The translations under genes were made by a program, and so were the position numbers. Under the pieces are notes generated by a model that saw only the letters and a list, made by a program, of their open reading frames with translations, searched no databases and was not told where the DNA came from. From the IMG/VR virus record IMGVR_UViG_3300000944_000003, positions 1 through 35,055 of that record: a DNA stretch of 35,055 bases; one strand, given 5' to 3'. Below are positions 1-7,136 of this stretch, piece after piece. This stretch comes from a virus. Positions within the stretch are counted from its first letter, which is position 1. Every line of letters starts with the position of its first letter.

Positions 1-49
1 AGTAGTTTGGTCATTAGATCAACATCCATGAATTAACCCTTTATTATTA
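1..49. repeat. Direct terminal repeat, left copy (49 bp, identical to 35007..35055)
   Basis: Bases 1-49 (agtagtttggtcattagatcaacatccatgaattaaccctttattatta) recur exactly as the last 49 bases of the window. Confidence 0.95.
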
Positions 50-194
50 TGTGGTTGAAGCCGAGCCTGGCTTTGGGACCAGCATCTGGAGGATGCGGCT
101 CGGCGTCTGCATCATAGCGATTATCTTTAATAAACAAAAGCTCAAGTTTTTTAAAATTGTGCCGATAAGTAATACATAACTTGGAGGGGATCAT

Positions 195-620
195 ATGAAA
201 TTATTAACTGTATTAATTTTATCTGCAATTTTAGTGGGATGCGGAACCGAGGGTGAATCAAATGAAATTGAAAGCCTTGCTGATAGCAAAATATCGCTTC
301 CATATATTTTAACTGTTGAAGACGTGATAGATGCTGCGCCTGGGAGTTTAACTGCAACCAGTAATTTTAAAGACTTCTTTGATGCCAATATTGAAATTAT
401 TGACAAAGTAGTTTCGATATCAATTGAAGACGGGTTTTCTGTCGAAATTGATTTAGATGATTTTGAAACTTTTAGAGATAACCATAGCAATCCTGTATTG
501 GTTTATAGAGACGGAAATCGTTTTGCTAACATGCAGCTTGGTGAATACAATGAAAACCATTTTCAAATGACCATAACAATAGGTGGATCTAATTATTCGC
601 TTGAAAAGGGCAAGAAATAA
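195..620 (+). CDS. Secreted lipoprotein (possible moron or superinfection-exclusion type), 141 aa
   Basis: N-terminus MKLLTVLILSAILVGCGTEG has a basic start, a hydrophobic core and an L-V-G-C lipobox. A strong SD (GGAGGGG, 183-189) lies 5 nt upstream of the ATG. The gene stands alone on the + strand, convergent with the subtilase. Confidence 0.8.
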   Translation: MKLLTVLILSAILVGCGTEGESNEIESLADSKISLPYILTVEDVIDAAPGSLTATSNFKDFFDANIEIIDKVVSISIEDGFSVEIDLDDFETFRDNHSNPVLVYRDGNRFANMQLGEYNENHFQMTITIGGSNYSLEKGKK

Positions 621-663
621 GAACCCCGCCAGACGGAGAAGCGAAAGACGAGGCCATGAGGAT

Positions 664-695
664 TTACGTTTAGTGCGTGGATGCGTAAAACGTAA
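664..695. terminator. AT-rich stem-loop between convergent genes (possible weak bidirectional terminator)
   Basis: ttacgttt (664-671) pairs perfectly with aaacgtaa (688-695) around a 16-nt loop. A short ttt then an A-run follows. It lies between the lipoprotein stop (620) and the subtilase stop (707). Confidence 0.3.
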
Positions 696-706
696 TTTAA
701 AAAATA

Positions 707-1822
707 CTAAACTTTCACGATGCAGATATCAGTTGCCGGTATGTGAAACAAAAGATCACCGCAAGTTTTGCCGCCGACAGGTGGCTTTGGATCAACTGGT
801 TTCACTGGATCGACAGGCTTATCATCGCTTGGCAATCCATAATGATCGATAACAAGCCACGGGTTCAAATAACCTTGACCAAAGTAAGTATCGTTTCCAG
901 CGATTCCAAGGTCTACATATCCGACTTTAACTTTTTCATCATAGTCAGCTTGATTTAGTTTTCCGAAACCCATTCGGTCAAAGTAGCCTAGAAGCAAAAG
1001 ATCAATACCAGTGGCAAGCGGTGTTGCCATTGAAGTGCCTGATATCGTTGCAGTTTTTCCGTTTAGCCAATACCCAAAAACCGAGGTGCCTACATCTGTC
1101 TTGGTTAGTTTTCTAGATTCAGAGCTAAAAGAAGATGTTTTGAATTGATATGTCATCGAAGCGATCGAACGTGTGGTGTCATAAAGAGCTGGGTAATCTG
1201 ACTTCTCGCCTCCCTTACCGGCATTTCCGGCGGCAGCCTGGAAGTGACGCCCAGCGTCGAAAAATTTTCGATAAAGGTCTGCAGAAACTTGATCGTAACC
1301 TCCGCCGCCTAAAGAAGCTGAGACAATATGAGCGCCTTCGTCGATGCACCATTGCGCTGCGTTTCTAATCCATGAAGATGCGCCGCTGCCTTGTCGGCCA
1401 CCAAGACATTTTCCGTGAACGAGTTTTGCTTTTGGAGCTAGGCCTGTGAAAAACTTAGAGTCGGTTGATCCTGTAATAACAGAACTTACGTGGCTGCCAT
1501 GACCATTTTGATCAAGCGCTGAACGATCTGTCGTAAAGTTTTTGTATTTGGCATCTTTGCCGAAAGCGCCGGCTTCAAGGTGAGTTTTATCAAGACCTGT
1601 ATCAATTACGCCTACGACGATTGGCGTGCCATCTGCCCAAGTTCCTGCGCCGCAAATCTCGCGAAGCTCTTCGATGCCTTTGGTTCCGTCGGCAGATTTT
1701 CTCATTGATGCCCACTCAGGCACAACCTGGCTTAATGGAACCGCGTCTGAGATGGTTTCTATTTGGTAGTCGACGTAATGGTCATGGCCTAGTGCATTGG
1801 CAATGGTTTTATTGCAAGACAT
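707..1822 (-). CDS. Subtilisin-like serine protease (peptidase S8), no signal peptide or propeptide, 371 aa
   Basis: Complete S8 catalytic motifs in canonical order: VGVIDTGLDKTH (Asp), HGSHVSSVITG (His), AAGNAG (oxyanion Asn), GTSMATPLATG (Ser). SD GAGGAAG lies 5 nt upstream of the ATG. The N-terminus MSCNKTIANALGHDHY is not hydrophobic. The C-terminal tail is Pro/Lys-rich (PVDPVKPVDPKPP). Confidence 0.9.
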   Translation of the reverse strand: MSCNKTIANALGHDHYVDYQIETISDAVPLSQVVPEWASMRKSADGTKGIEELREICGAGTWADGTPIVVGVIDTGLDKTHLEAGAFGKDAKYKNFTTDRSALDQNGHGSHVSSVITGSTDSKFFTGLAPKAKLVHGKCLGGRQGSGASSWIRNAAQWCIDEGAHIVSASLGGGGYDQVSADLYRKFFDAGRHFQAAAGNAGKGGEKSDYPALYDTTRSIASMTYQFKTSSFSSESRKLTKTDVGTSVFGYWLNGKTATISGTSMATPLATGIDLLLLGYFDRMGFGKLNQADYDEKVKVGYVDLGIAGNDTYFGQGYLNPWLVIDHYGLPSDDKPVDPVKPVDPKPPVGGKTCGDLLFHIPATDICIVKV

Positions 1823-1933
1823 TATTGCTTCCTCATTTTGTTTTTGATTGTTCGAAAAAGGATATCATCAAGGGTGCGGTTTTTTAAAGATGAAATTCGC
1901 ATCTTATTTTATTTTGGCGATATCGCAGGCTTG

Positions 1934-1949
1934 GAAATTATACGTAAAT
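1934..1949 (-). promoter_or_regulatory. Conserved 16-bp motif, copy C (ATTTACGTATAATTTC on the - strand), about 110 nt upstream of the subtilase start
   Basis: 15/16 identical to copy B (5512-5527) and 13/16 identical to copy A (4720-4735). It contains TATAAT, with TTCAAA 18 nt upstream on the - strand, so it could be a promoter or operator. Confidence 0.5.
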
Positions 1950-1956
1950 CTTCTGT

Positions 1957-2154
1957 TTAATTTGAAAGCTCTTTATCCGCAATCAAATCGATCACTGCAA
2001 ATATCAGAACTAAAGCTGAAATATAGATGACGATGTTTTTAAATGTAAGCTCGACCATGGCGATGAAAAATGCGTGAGATACAAGGGGCGCAGCGGTTCT
2101 AGTGAATATCCAGATTGCCTGTGACGTGCGTATTTGTAATCGATCGTCTTTCAA
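1957..2154 (-). CDS. Small hydrophobic protein (hypothetical; start uncertain)
   Basis: 65-aa ORF with a C-terminal hydrophobic stretch (IVIYISALVLIFAVIDLIA). It overlaps the upstream ORF by 56 nt and has no clear SD. An internal Met at 2058 is an alternative start. Confidence 0.35.
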   Translation of the reverse strand: MKDDRLQIRTSQAIWIFTRTAAPLVSHAFFIAMVELTFKNIVIYISALVLIFAVIDLIADKELSN

Positions 2155-2407
2155 TAAAGTAACCTCTCTCAGATTGAGCTGGTTTAAAAGCCATGATGCA
2201 CGGGGCTTTGACGTGGATATTTTCGAGAAGGCAATACCTGCTGGAAAAATATTTTATATACTCATCGTGCATAAACAACATCCAGATGTATCCGCTTTCG
2301 CAGATAAAGGTCTTACATATTCCCTCGAGGCTTTCAAAGACAACCGGCTGCATCGAATCTGCGTGCTTTCTAAGTAGATCCGCACCATTGTAATACTCGT
2401 CATCCAC
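2099..2407 (-). CDS. Hypothetical protein, 102 aa
   Basis: The GTG start overlaps the last codons of the upstream HNH gene (aGTGGATGA), suggesting translational coupling. No motif recognised. Confidence 0.5.
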   Translation of the reverse strand: MDDEYYNGADLLRKHADSMQPVVFESLEGICKTFICESGYIWMLFMHDEYIKYFSSRYCLLENIHVKAPCIMAFKPAQSERGYFIERRSITNTHVTGNLDIH

Positions 2408-2675
2408 TATTTGATCTCCAGGGGTGCCGCCACTTTGCGGACAGATCGCAGAAATAAAAACCTCGCTGCGAAAGTTCGATTGCGATTTGGGGAAATCTAT
2501 TTGAAAACTGATTCCAACCTATTTGATGCTGGAGGCTATGATGGGTGCGGCAAAGCTCTATGATGTTGAAATCGTCGTCTGGCCCACCTGAGCCTCTTGA
2601 TAAGATGTGAGCCCGGTCGTATATGGGATTTCCACAAACGAAACATGACTTTTTCTCAGATTCTCCAACACTCAT
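2400..2675 (-). CDS. Small HNH endonuclease, 91 aa
   Basis: CFVCGNPIYDRAHILSRGSGGPDDDFNIIELCRTHHSLQH carries Cys pairs, an H...N...HH core typical of the HNH beta-beta-alpha-metal fold. Confidence 0.85.
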   Translation of the reverse strand: MSVGESEKKSCFVCGNPIYDRAHILSRGSGGPDDDFNIIELCRTHHSLQHQIGWNQFSNRFPQIAIELSQRGFYFCDLSAKWRHPWRSNSG

Positions 2676-2879
2676 ATATTTATTTTAACAGGAATTGTGA
2701 TCTAATATTAAGATTTCTGCTCGAATCGAAATAATATTTTTGAAAGTCTTGTTAGCGTTTACCGCGACAAGAATTTTTCGATGGTTTCTCTTTTTACAGA
2801 TGATAATACGTACACCCGCATAGGTTACAAAAGATTATAAAGTTTCAACATACTCAATTTGAGCCTGGACAACCCGTTT

Positions 2880-3410
2880 TTATTTGAATTTGAATCTAAA
2901 ACCTCCACAAGTTTTTCTTTTACCACTTGCGACTTTATATATTGAAGATTCATCAAGACCTAAATCTTTAGCTGCATGGCGGCAGCCAGTATAAACCTTG
3001 CCATTTTCTATACAAATTATTTCATTTCTTCTAGATATTCCAATATCAAATGCGTGCTTTATATTTTGCGAATAAGAACAGTATTCGAGATTCGATATAT
3101 TATTATTAGTTTTTATTCCGTCTTTGTGATTTACAATTAATTTTGATTCGCCAAAAAAAGCCGCGCAAATCAACCGATGAACAGAGAAGTTTCTTTTTTT
3201 GTTATTTTTTGAAAGACAAACTCTTTTGTAACCGGCATTTGAAATTGAAGATCTTAGAATTTTTTGATTTAAGTTTTTTTTATATCCTCGTTTGCAGTAA
3301 ACCCGCCTGAATTTTGACTTGATCCTGCCCAAATTAGATCCTTGATATAATCCTTCGTAGCCAGGAATGTCACACCACAGCTCACCTGGAAGATCATCTA
3401 ATTCGCCCAA
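2880..3410 (-). CDS. Free-standing homing endonuclease (NUMOD4 + HNH_3 type), 176 aa
   Basis: ELWCDIPGYEGLYQGSNLGRIKS matches the NUMOD4 motif. VHRLICAAFFGESKLIVNHKDGIKTNNNISNLEY matches the HNH_3 core. The C-terminal part looks like a DNA-binding module (VYTGCRHAAKDLGLDESSIYKVASGKRKTCGGFRFKF). TTG start. The gene is visibly more AT-rich than its neighbours. Confidence 0.85.
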   Translation of the reverse strand: MGELDDLPGELWCDIPGYEGLYQGSNLGRIKSKFRRVYCKRGYKKNLNQKILRSSISNAGYKRVCLSKNNKKRNFSVHRLICAAFFGESKLIVNHKDGIKTNNNISNLEYCSYSQNIKHAFDIGISRRNEIICIENGKVYTGCRHAAKDLGLDESSIYKVASGKRKTCGGFRFKFK

Positions 3411-3419
3411 AGCCTTGCC

Positions 3420-4676
3420 CTACATATTGTTCGCGATCATAGTTGCCTTCGGCGTTTTACCACGATGAAGGCGAACGTCAAATAATTCGGCGACTTCTTT
3501 TTGCATGGCATGAAGTTCATTTGCTCTTTTTGGGCTCGAGTAAAGATCGATTACGATCATCGGACCGCCATGATTTAGCGCCAGGTTGGAATCCGAGGAG
3601 TCTGAGAGGTATCTACAGCCAATAAAGCACTCGAATACGCCGGGATATACAGCCGCTTCAAGCGCGATAATGAACTTGATTATCTCTTTGAAATCTTTTG
3701 GTTTAACCGCGAAGGCTACATTATGGGACCTAAAAGTAGGCTTCATCGCCCACAGCTTTAGGCTAATCTTAGATCGCATCTCATTTGAACCATCGAAGTC
3801 TAATCCTTTTTCTTCATGATAGAGAAAATCTAGATCGAACTTTGAGGCTATCACCTTCCATGGCTCCAGCCTCGCCATCCCGATTATCTTCTGCAATAGG
3901 CTTCGCAATGCAGGAACCGCTGAGTCCAGGAACCAGTAAGATCTAATTATTTGCCATTTGAAAGGTAATGTAAACTTAAAAAACTTGGCTGGCCGGCCAG
4001 AAAGCACGTTAAAAGGTATGGGCTTTACGAAATTAATTAGAACTGCAGGATCTTTTCCAGAGTATGGAAGTATCTGAAAACTCATAGCCCGATCTTTTCC
4101 CATATCAAGATTTAGATCTGATAGTTTGCAGGCACAGTGTTCAATCATGTGAGCTGTAAGTGGTGCGGTCTTTATAAGAACTTCTGTGACCACGATCATG
4201 TGCTCGATGCCATGAGAGCCTTCGGCTTCAATATATTCTGGCTCTGAATCAGCTCCAATTAAAAATCCTTTGAATCCTAAAACCTGGTCAATCATCGAAG
4301 CAGATTTCCCGTATCCGTGGGTTCCTGTAAGGGCCGCACCAACGAAGGTTTGTTTTCTAAAGTTTCCTGAATTTAAAACCCTTCTGCCACCATCTCTAAG
4401 ATTGAGCATGACAGATTCAATGGTTGCCGCGCCGCCTATTCTGGCCATTCCAGTCTCAGGGCAAAGGTAAACGTAGTCGTAGGTTTTGCCGAGCTTAAAT
4501 GAATATGGAGATAAAGCAGCCTCATTGTAGCTATGCAGCGATCCGATAGTCTTTGGATATATGCCTTGCCTGCTCATAGCACTTAAAAGCTCACCAATCT
4601 GACCAGGAGAGTCTAGGATCTTCATTTGGGTTTCTGCCTTGAATACCCCGAGCCAACTTTGAATATTTGTTTTCAT
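3420..4676 (-). CDS. FAD-linked sugar-lactone/alditol oxidase-like protein (FAD_binding_4 + ALO C-terminal domain; GULO/ALO/DprE1 family)
   Basis: N-terminal PCMH-type FAD motifs: PKTIGSLHSYNE (the GxGHS-type site where FAD is histidyl-linked in this family) and GAALTGTHGYGK. The C-terminus (IGCRYLSDS...VRLHRGK) resembles the ALO-domain ending RPHWGK. ATG at 4676 is preferred. The longest ORF starts at TTG 4712 and ATG 4625 is also possible. Confidence 0.85.
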   Translation of the reverse strand: MKTNIQSWLGVFKAETQMKILDSPGQIGELLSAMSRQGIYPKTIGSLHSYNEAALSPYSFKLGKTYDYVYLCPETGMARIGGAATIESVMLNLRDGGRRVLNSGNFRKQTFVGAALTGTHGYGKSASMIDQVLGFKGFLIGADSEPEYIEAEGSHGIEHMIVVTEVLIKTAPLTAHMIEHCACKLSDLNLDMGKDRAMSFQILPYSGKDPAVLINFVKPIPFNVLSGRPAKFFKFTLPFKWQIIRSYWFLDSAVPALRSLLQKIIGMARLEPWKVIASKFDLDFLYHEEKGLDFDGSNEMRSKISLKLWAMKPTFRSHNVAFAVKPKDFKEIIKFIIALEAAVYPGVFECFIGCRYLSDSSDSNLALNHGGPMIVIDLYSSPKRANELHAMQKEVAELFDVRLHRGKTPKATMIANNM

Positions 4677-4719
4677 ATCAGAAAGCCTAGCACTGACCGG
4701 TCGTCCAGCCAATTTGAAT

Positions 4720-4735
4720 ATTTACGTATGAATTT
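4720..4735 (+). promoter_or_regulatory. Conserved 16-bp motif, copy A (ATTTACGTATGAATTT)
   Basis: 14/16 identical to copy B. It lies 8 nt outside the longest version of the oxidase ORF, at the left edge of the ORF-poor divergent region. Confidence 0.5.
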
Positions 4736-5511
4736 AGATTTACTTGGAATGCTTGGCCTGCTTGATGTAAGCCATGTTTAATTTAGGAACCCGAACTTTT
4801 GAGGCTCGAAAAAGTCATGAAAAGTAAGTGGCGACTAAACAATTCAAAATCAACTTTAAAAGGAATCATCTATGCTGAAAGACAAATCAAAAGTCCGGGA
4901 TATAAATACTAAATCTAAAGCCCGGTCTGGTAAAGCAAAATCTATCTTTATTGATTACTTCTCGTTTGTGCCTTGCCCGCCAGCGCTCGTACCGGATCAT
5001 CAGAGAATCGATCTGATCTCAAAGCTAAGGCCCGTAAAATCGAAATCAAACAGCAAATGTCATCCGAGGTTTTAAGCATTGTCTCACGAGGGCACAGCGT
5101 GCCCAAGAGGACTGTTGGATTTAATATCCGCACCTTGAGCATATTACCTAGGATATAACCTAGTAGCTATCGCGCAACCCTCGCACTTGTTGGCATTCCG
5201 CAGGGGGCCTTGTTCCTGCTTAAGGGGTCGGTATACACATTATGGCTAGGTGCTTTGTGAACCTATATGTTTTCAAGCGTTCGCTATAATGCAGCTTCTC
5301 AATTCTAATTGACGGAAGCTCGCCGAGCTATGCCACCACGATGGTAATCGCAAAGCTCCCCCAAAGGCTGATCGTAGACGTGTCCAAGCATTGTTGTCGA
5401 TCAGATGGCTGGGGTTCCATACTCGAGGACATGGCTATATTGCTTCGAGTCCGCTTATGCTGCCACGTGGATATTTTAATCAGCCCAAACCTTTGAGGGA
5501 CGCGAGGTATA

Positions 5512-5527
5512 ATTTACGTATAAATTC
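5512..5527 (+). promoter_or_regulatory. Conserved 16-bp motif, copy B (ATTTACGTATAAATTC), embedded in a perfect inverted repeat AATTTA-N4-TAAATT (5511-5526)
   Basis: Located about 40 nt upstream of the HTH gene start (5568). The palindromic arms suggest an operator for a dimeric DNA-binding protein. Confidence 0.5.
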
Positions 5528-5567
5528 ATTCAGCTTATTGGGCAGGCAAGCTGATACAATCTTGGAT

Positions 5568-5744
5568 ATGGAAACCCTATATCAATTTGAAACCTCATCT
5601 TCTGAGACCGCGGCAATCCTGCTTAGCCTTGAGCTTCCGATATTTGAAATCGTCCGAGACGGGACAATTAGGACCTACAAAGTAAATGGGTTTCACCCGC
5701 CGTCGTGGCTCACTGATGAGGAGCTTGACGAGTGGTTTGACTAG
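5568..5744 (+). CDS. Small helix-turn-helix DNA-binding protein (excisionase/AlpA-like HTH_17 type), 58 aa
   Basis: ETAAILLSLELPIFEIVRDGTIRTYKVNG resembles the HTH_17 pattern (xAAxxLGVSxxTIYRLVRxGxLPxxKxG). It is the first gene of the rightward operon. TACAAT lies 8 nt upstream of the ATG. The 5-prime extension of the tracked ORF (5391..) has a non-coding-like composition. Confidence 0.6.
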   Translation: METLYQFETSSSETAAILLSLELPIFEIVRDGTIRTYKVNGFHPPSWLTDEELDEWFD

Positions 5745-5792
5745 CGGCGCAGGTAGTGGTTATATTCGCCAACGCATTTGGAGGATGACGCT

Positions 5793-6395
5793 ATGGCCGA
5801 TCAAGGCAAATCAATATTTCAACACCTATCAGATATTCAAGGGCTACTGCCTGCATTCAATAAAGACTCGAAAGCCCACAAGTACAATTATGTGTCTTTA
5901 GACAACATAAACGCCGCTCTCAAGCCTCTTCTAGCTGAAAGAGAGCTAAGCCTTACAAGCAGCGTAAGAGGCGAGGTAGGCCTCGATTCGATGTTTCTAA
6001 CAACATGTTTGAGGACCAAGCAGCTGGACTCGGGCAATGAGATTGCCGTGGAGGTTCCTATGATGCTCGGTAGCCTTCGAAACGGAAACGCCATGCAAGA
6101 TATGGGATCTGCGATAACCTACGCCAGAAGGTATGCGCTTTCGATAATGTTCAACCTTGAGACAGAAACAGACGACGATGGCCAAAAGCTTACTCCTCAA
6201 AAGACGGCCGGACGAAAACCCGCACCCGCCAAAAAGAAGATTGATTCAGGCCTTGCCGTATTCCACGTTCACTTTAAAGATCTTTTGGCAAAGTGTGATC
6301 CTTCGAAAAGATCTGAGGCTCTTGCCCTTGCCAAAGATGGCACATCAAAAGACGATCTTAAAAAGGCAATTGAGTTTCTGGAAGTATTGCAATGA
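5793..6395 (+). CDS. erf: ERF-family single-strand annealing recombinase
   Basis: IFQHLSDIQGLLPAFNKDSKAHKYNYVSLDNINAALKPLLAERELSL and GSAITYARRYALSIMF are hallmark ERF motifs. SD GGAGGA (5780-5785) lies 7 nt upstream of ATG 5793. Confidence 0.9.
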   Translation: MADQGKSIFQHLSDIQGLLPAFNKDSKAHKYNYVSLDNINAALKPLLAERELSLTSSVRGEVGLDSMFLTTCLRTKQLDSGNEIAVEVPMMLGSLRNGNAMQDMGSAITYARRYALSIMFNLETETDDDGQKLTPQKTAGRKPAPAKKKIDSGLAVFHVHFKDLLAKCDPSKRSEALALAKDGTSKDDLKKAIEFLEVLQ

Positions 6396-6703
6396 TGGAT
6401 ATAGATAAATCTGATCTGGCTGAATATGCTGTAATGGAAAAAAGGGCAGTCACATTTATGCTTAGCACGATGCTTGAATTTGACGCAGCTTTTGAAGATA
6501 AGATCTTAGGCGATTCGACCCTGGAAAATATGATGAGATCAAAGTCTGTTTTAAAAGACAACCTTGCACCGTTAGTTCCTATTTTTTCTGCTGCATTAAA
6601 GATGAATAAATCTGATATTGATTTCATGATGGAAAAATACGAACCCATAGTTGATAAGATCCTCCTTGAAAGCGAGGAAAATGCAAACCAAACAGTAAAT
6701 TAA
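6392..6703 (+). CDS. Hypothetical protein, 103 aa
   Basis: ATGA overlap with the erf stop. Coding-like acidic, helical composition. No motif recognised. Confidence 0.7.
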   Translation: MMDIDKSDLAEYAVMEKRAVTFMLSTMLEFDAAFEDKILGDSTLENMMRSKSVLKDNLAPLVPIFSAALKMNKSDIDFMMEKYEPIVDKILLESEENANQTVN

Positions 6704-6719
6704 AATAAGGATATGAATC

Positions 6720-7136
6720 ATGAGCAGTTTAAACATGTGTCAAATCATCGGAAACCTTGGCCAAGATCCAGAGATAAGAGCGACTAAAACAGGCACCACA
6801 GTCTGTACGCTAAGTGTTGCCACAACCGAATTCAAAAAAGCAAAAGACGGTAGCAAAGGTGAGAAGGTCACAAACTGGCATAGGATCGTCTGCTGGGATA
6901 AGACAGCTGACATATGCGCCCAATACCTTAGAAAGGGCAGCAAGGCTTATTTTCAGGGCCCTATTCGCACCAGAGAGTGGCAGGACGAGCACGGGCAAAA
7001 GCGTTATACAACCGAGATAACTGCCAACCGGATGCTTCTTTTAGATAAAAAAGATGATGGGGCCAAAGAGCCTTTTAATTCTGCTTCGTCCAGATCCGGA
7101 GATGAATCATCATTTCTAGATGATATACCGTTTTAA
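6720..7136 (+). CDS. ssb: Single-stranded DNA-binding protein
   Basis: OB-fold signature: NMCQIIGNLGQDPEIRATKTGTTVCTLSVAT...WHRIVCWDKTADICAQYLRKGSKAYFQGPIRTREWQD. The acidic C-terminal tail ends in DDIPF. SD AAGGA is present upstream. Confidence 0.95.
   Translation: MSSLNMCQIIGNLGQDPEIRATKTGTTVCTLSVATTEFKKAKDGSKGEKVTNWHRIVCWDKTADICAQYLRKGSKAYFQGPIRTREWQDEHGQKRYTTEITANRMLLLDKKDDGAKEPFNSASSRSGDESSFLDDIPF

Noticed and set aside
1973-1981. TTATCCGCA, one mismatch from a DnaA box.
   Set aside because: It is a single isolated copy inside a small ORF, and no cluster of boxes or adjacent AT-rich unwinding element was seen.
4872-5158. Overlapping 61-67-aa ORFs in the divergent region (4872..5075 +, 4973..5158 +, 4948..5142 -).
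   Set aside because: They mutually overlap in different frames, and their sequences are Lys/Ser/Arg-rich and low in complexity. Only 4872 has a weak AAGGA upstream. I kept them as part of the non-coding-region finding rather than calling genes. A small basic protein from 4872 cannot be excluded.
5444-5452. TTCGAGTCC, a tRNA T-loop-like sequence in the ORF-poor region.
   Set aside because: The flanking bases cannot form a 5-bp T-stem (attgc against ccgct), and no acceptor, D or anticodon arms can be drawn. The segment is instead the 3-prime arm of the 5421-5450 hairpin. No tRNA was found anywhere in the window.
5391-5567. 5-prime extension of tracked ORF 5391..5744 (TTG start), which would give a 117-aa protein.
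   Set aside because: The extension (MLSIRWLGFHTRGHGYIASSPLMLPRGYF...) has a non-coding-like composition and overlaps the hairpins and motif copy B. The HTH-like domain begins right after the internal ATG at 5568.
5712-5735. CTGATGAG, which resembles the hammerhead ribozyme core.
   Set aside because: It lies inside the HTH coding sequence (LTDEEL), and there is no matching CGAAA core or three-stem junction nearby.
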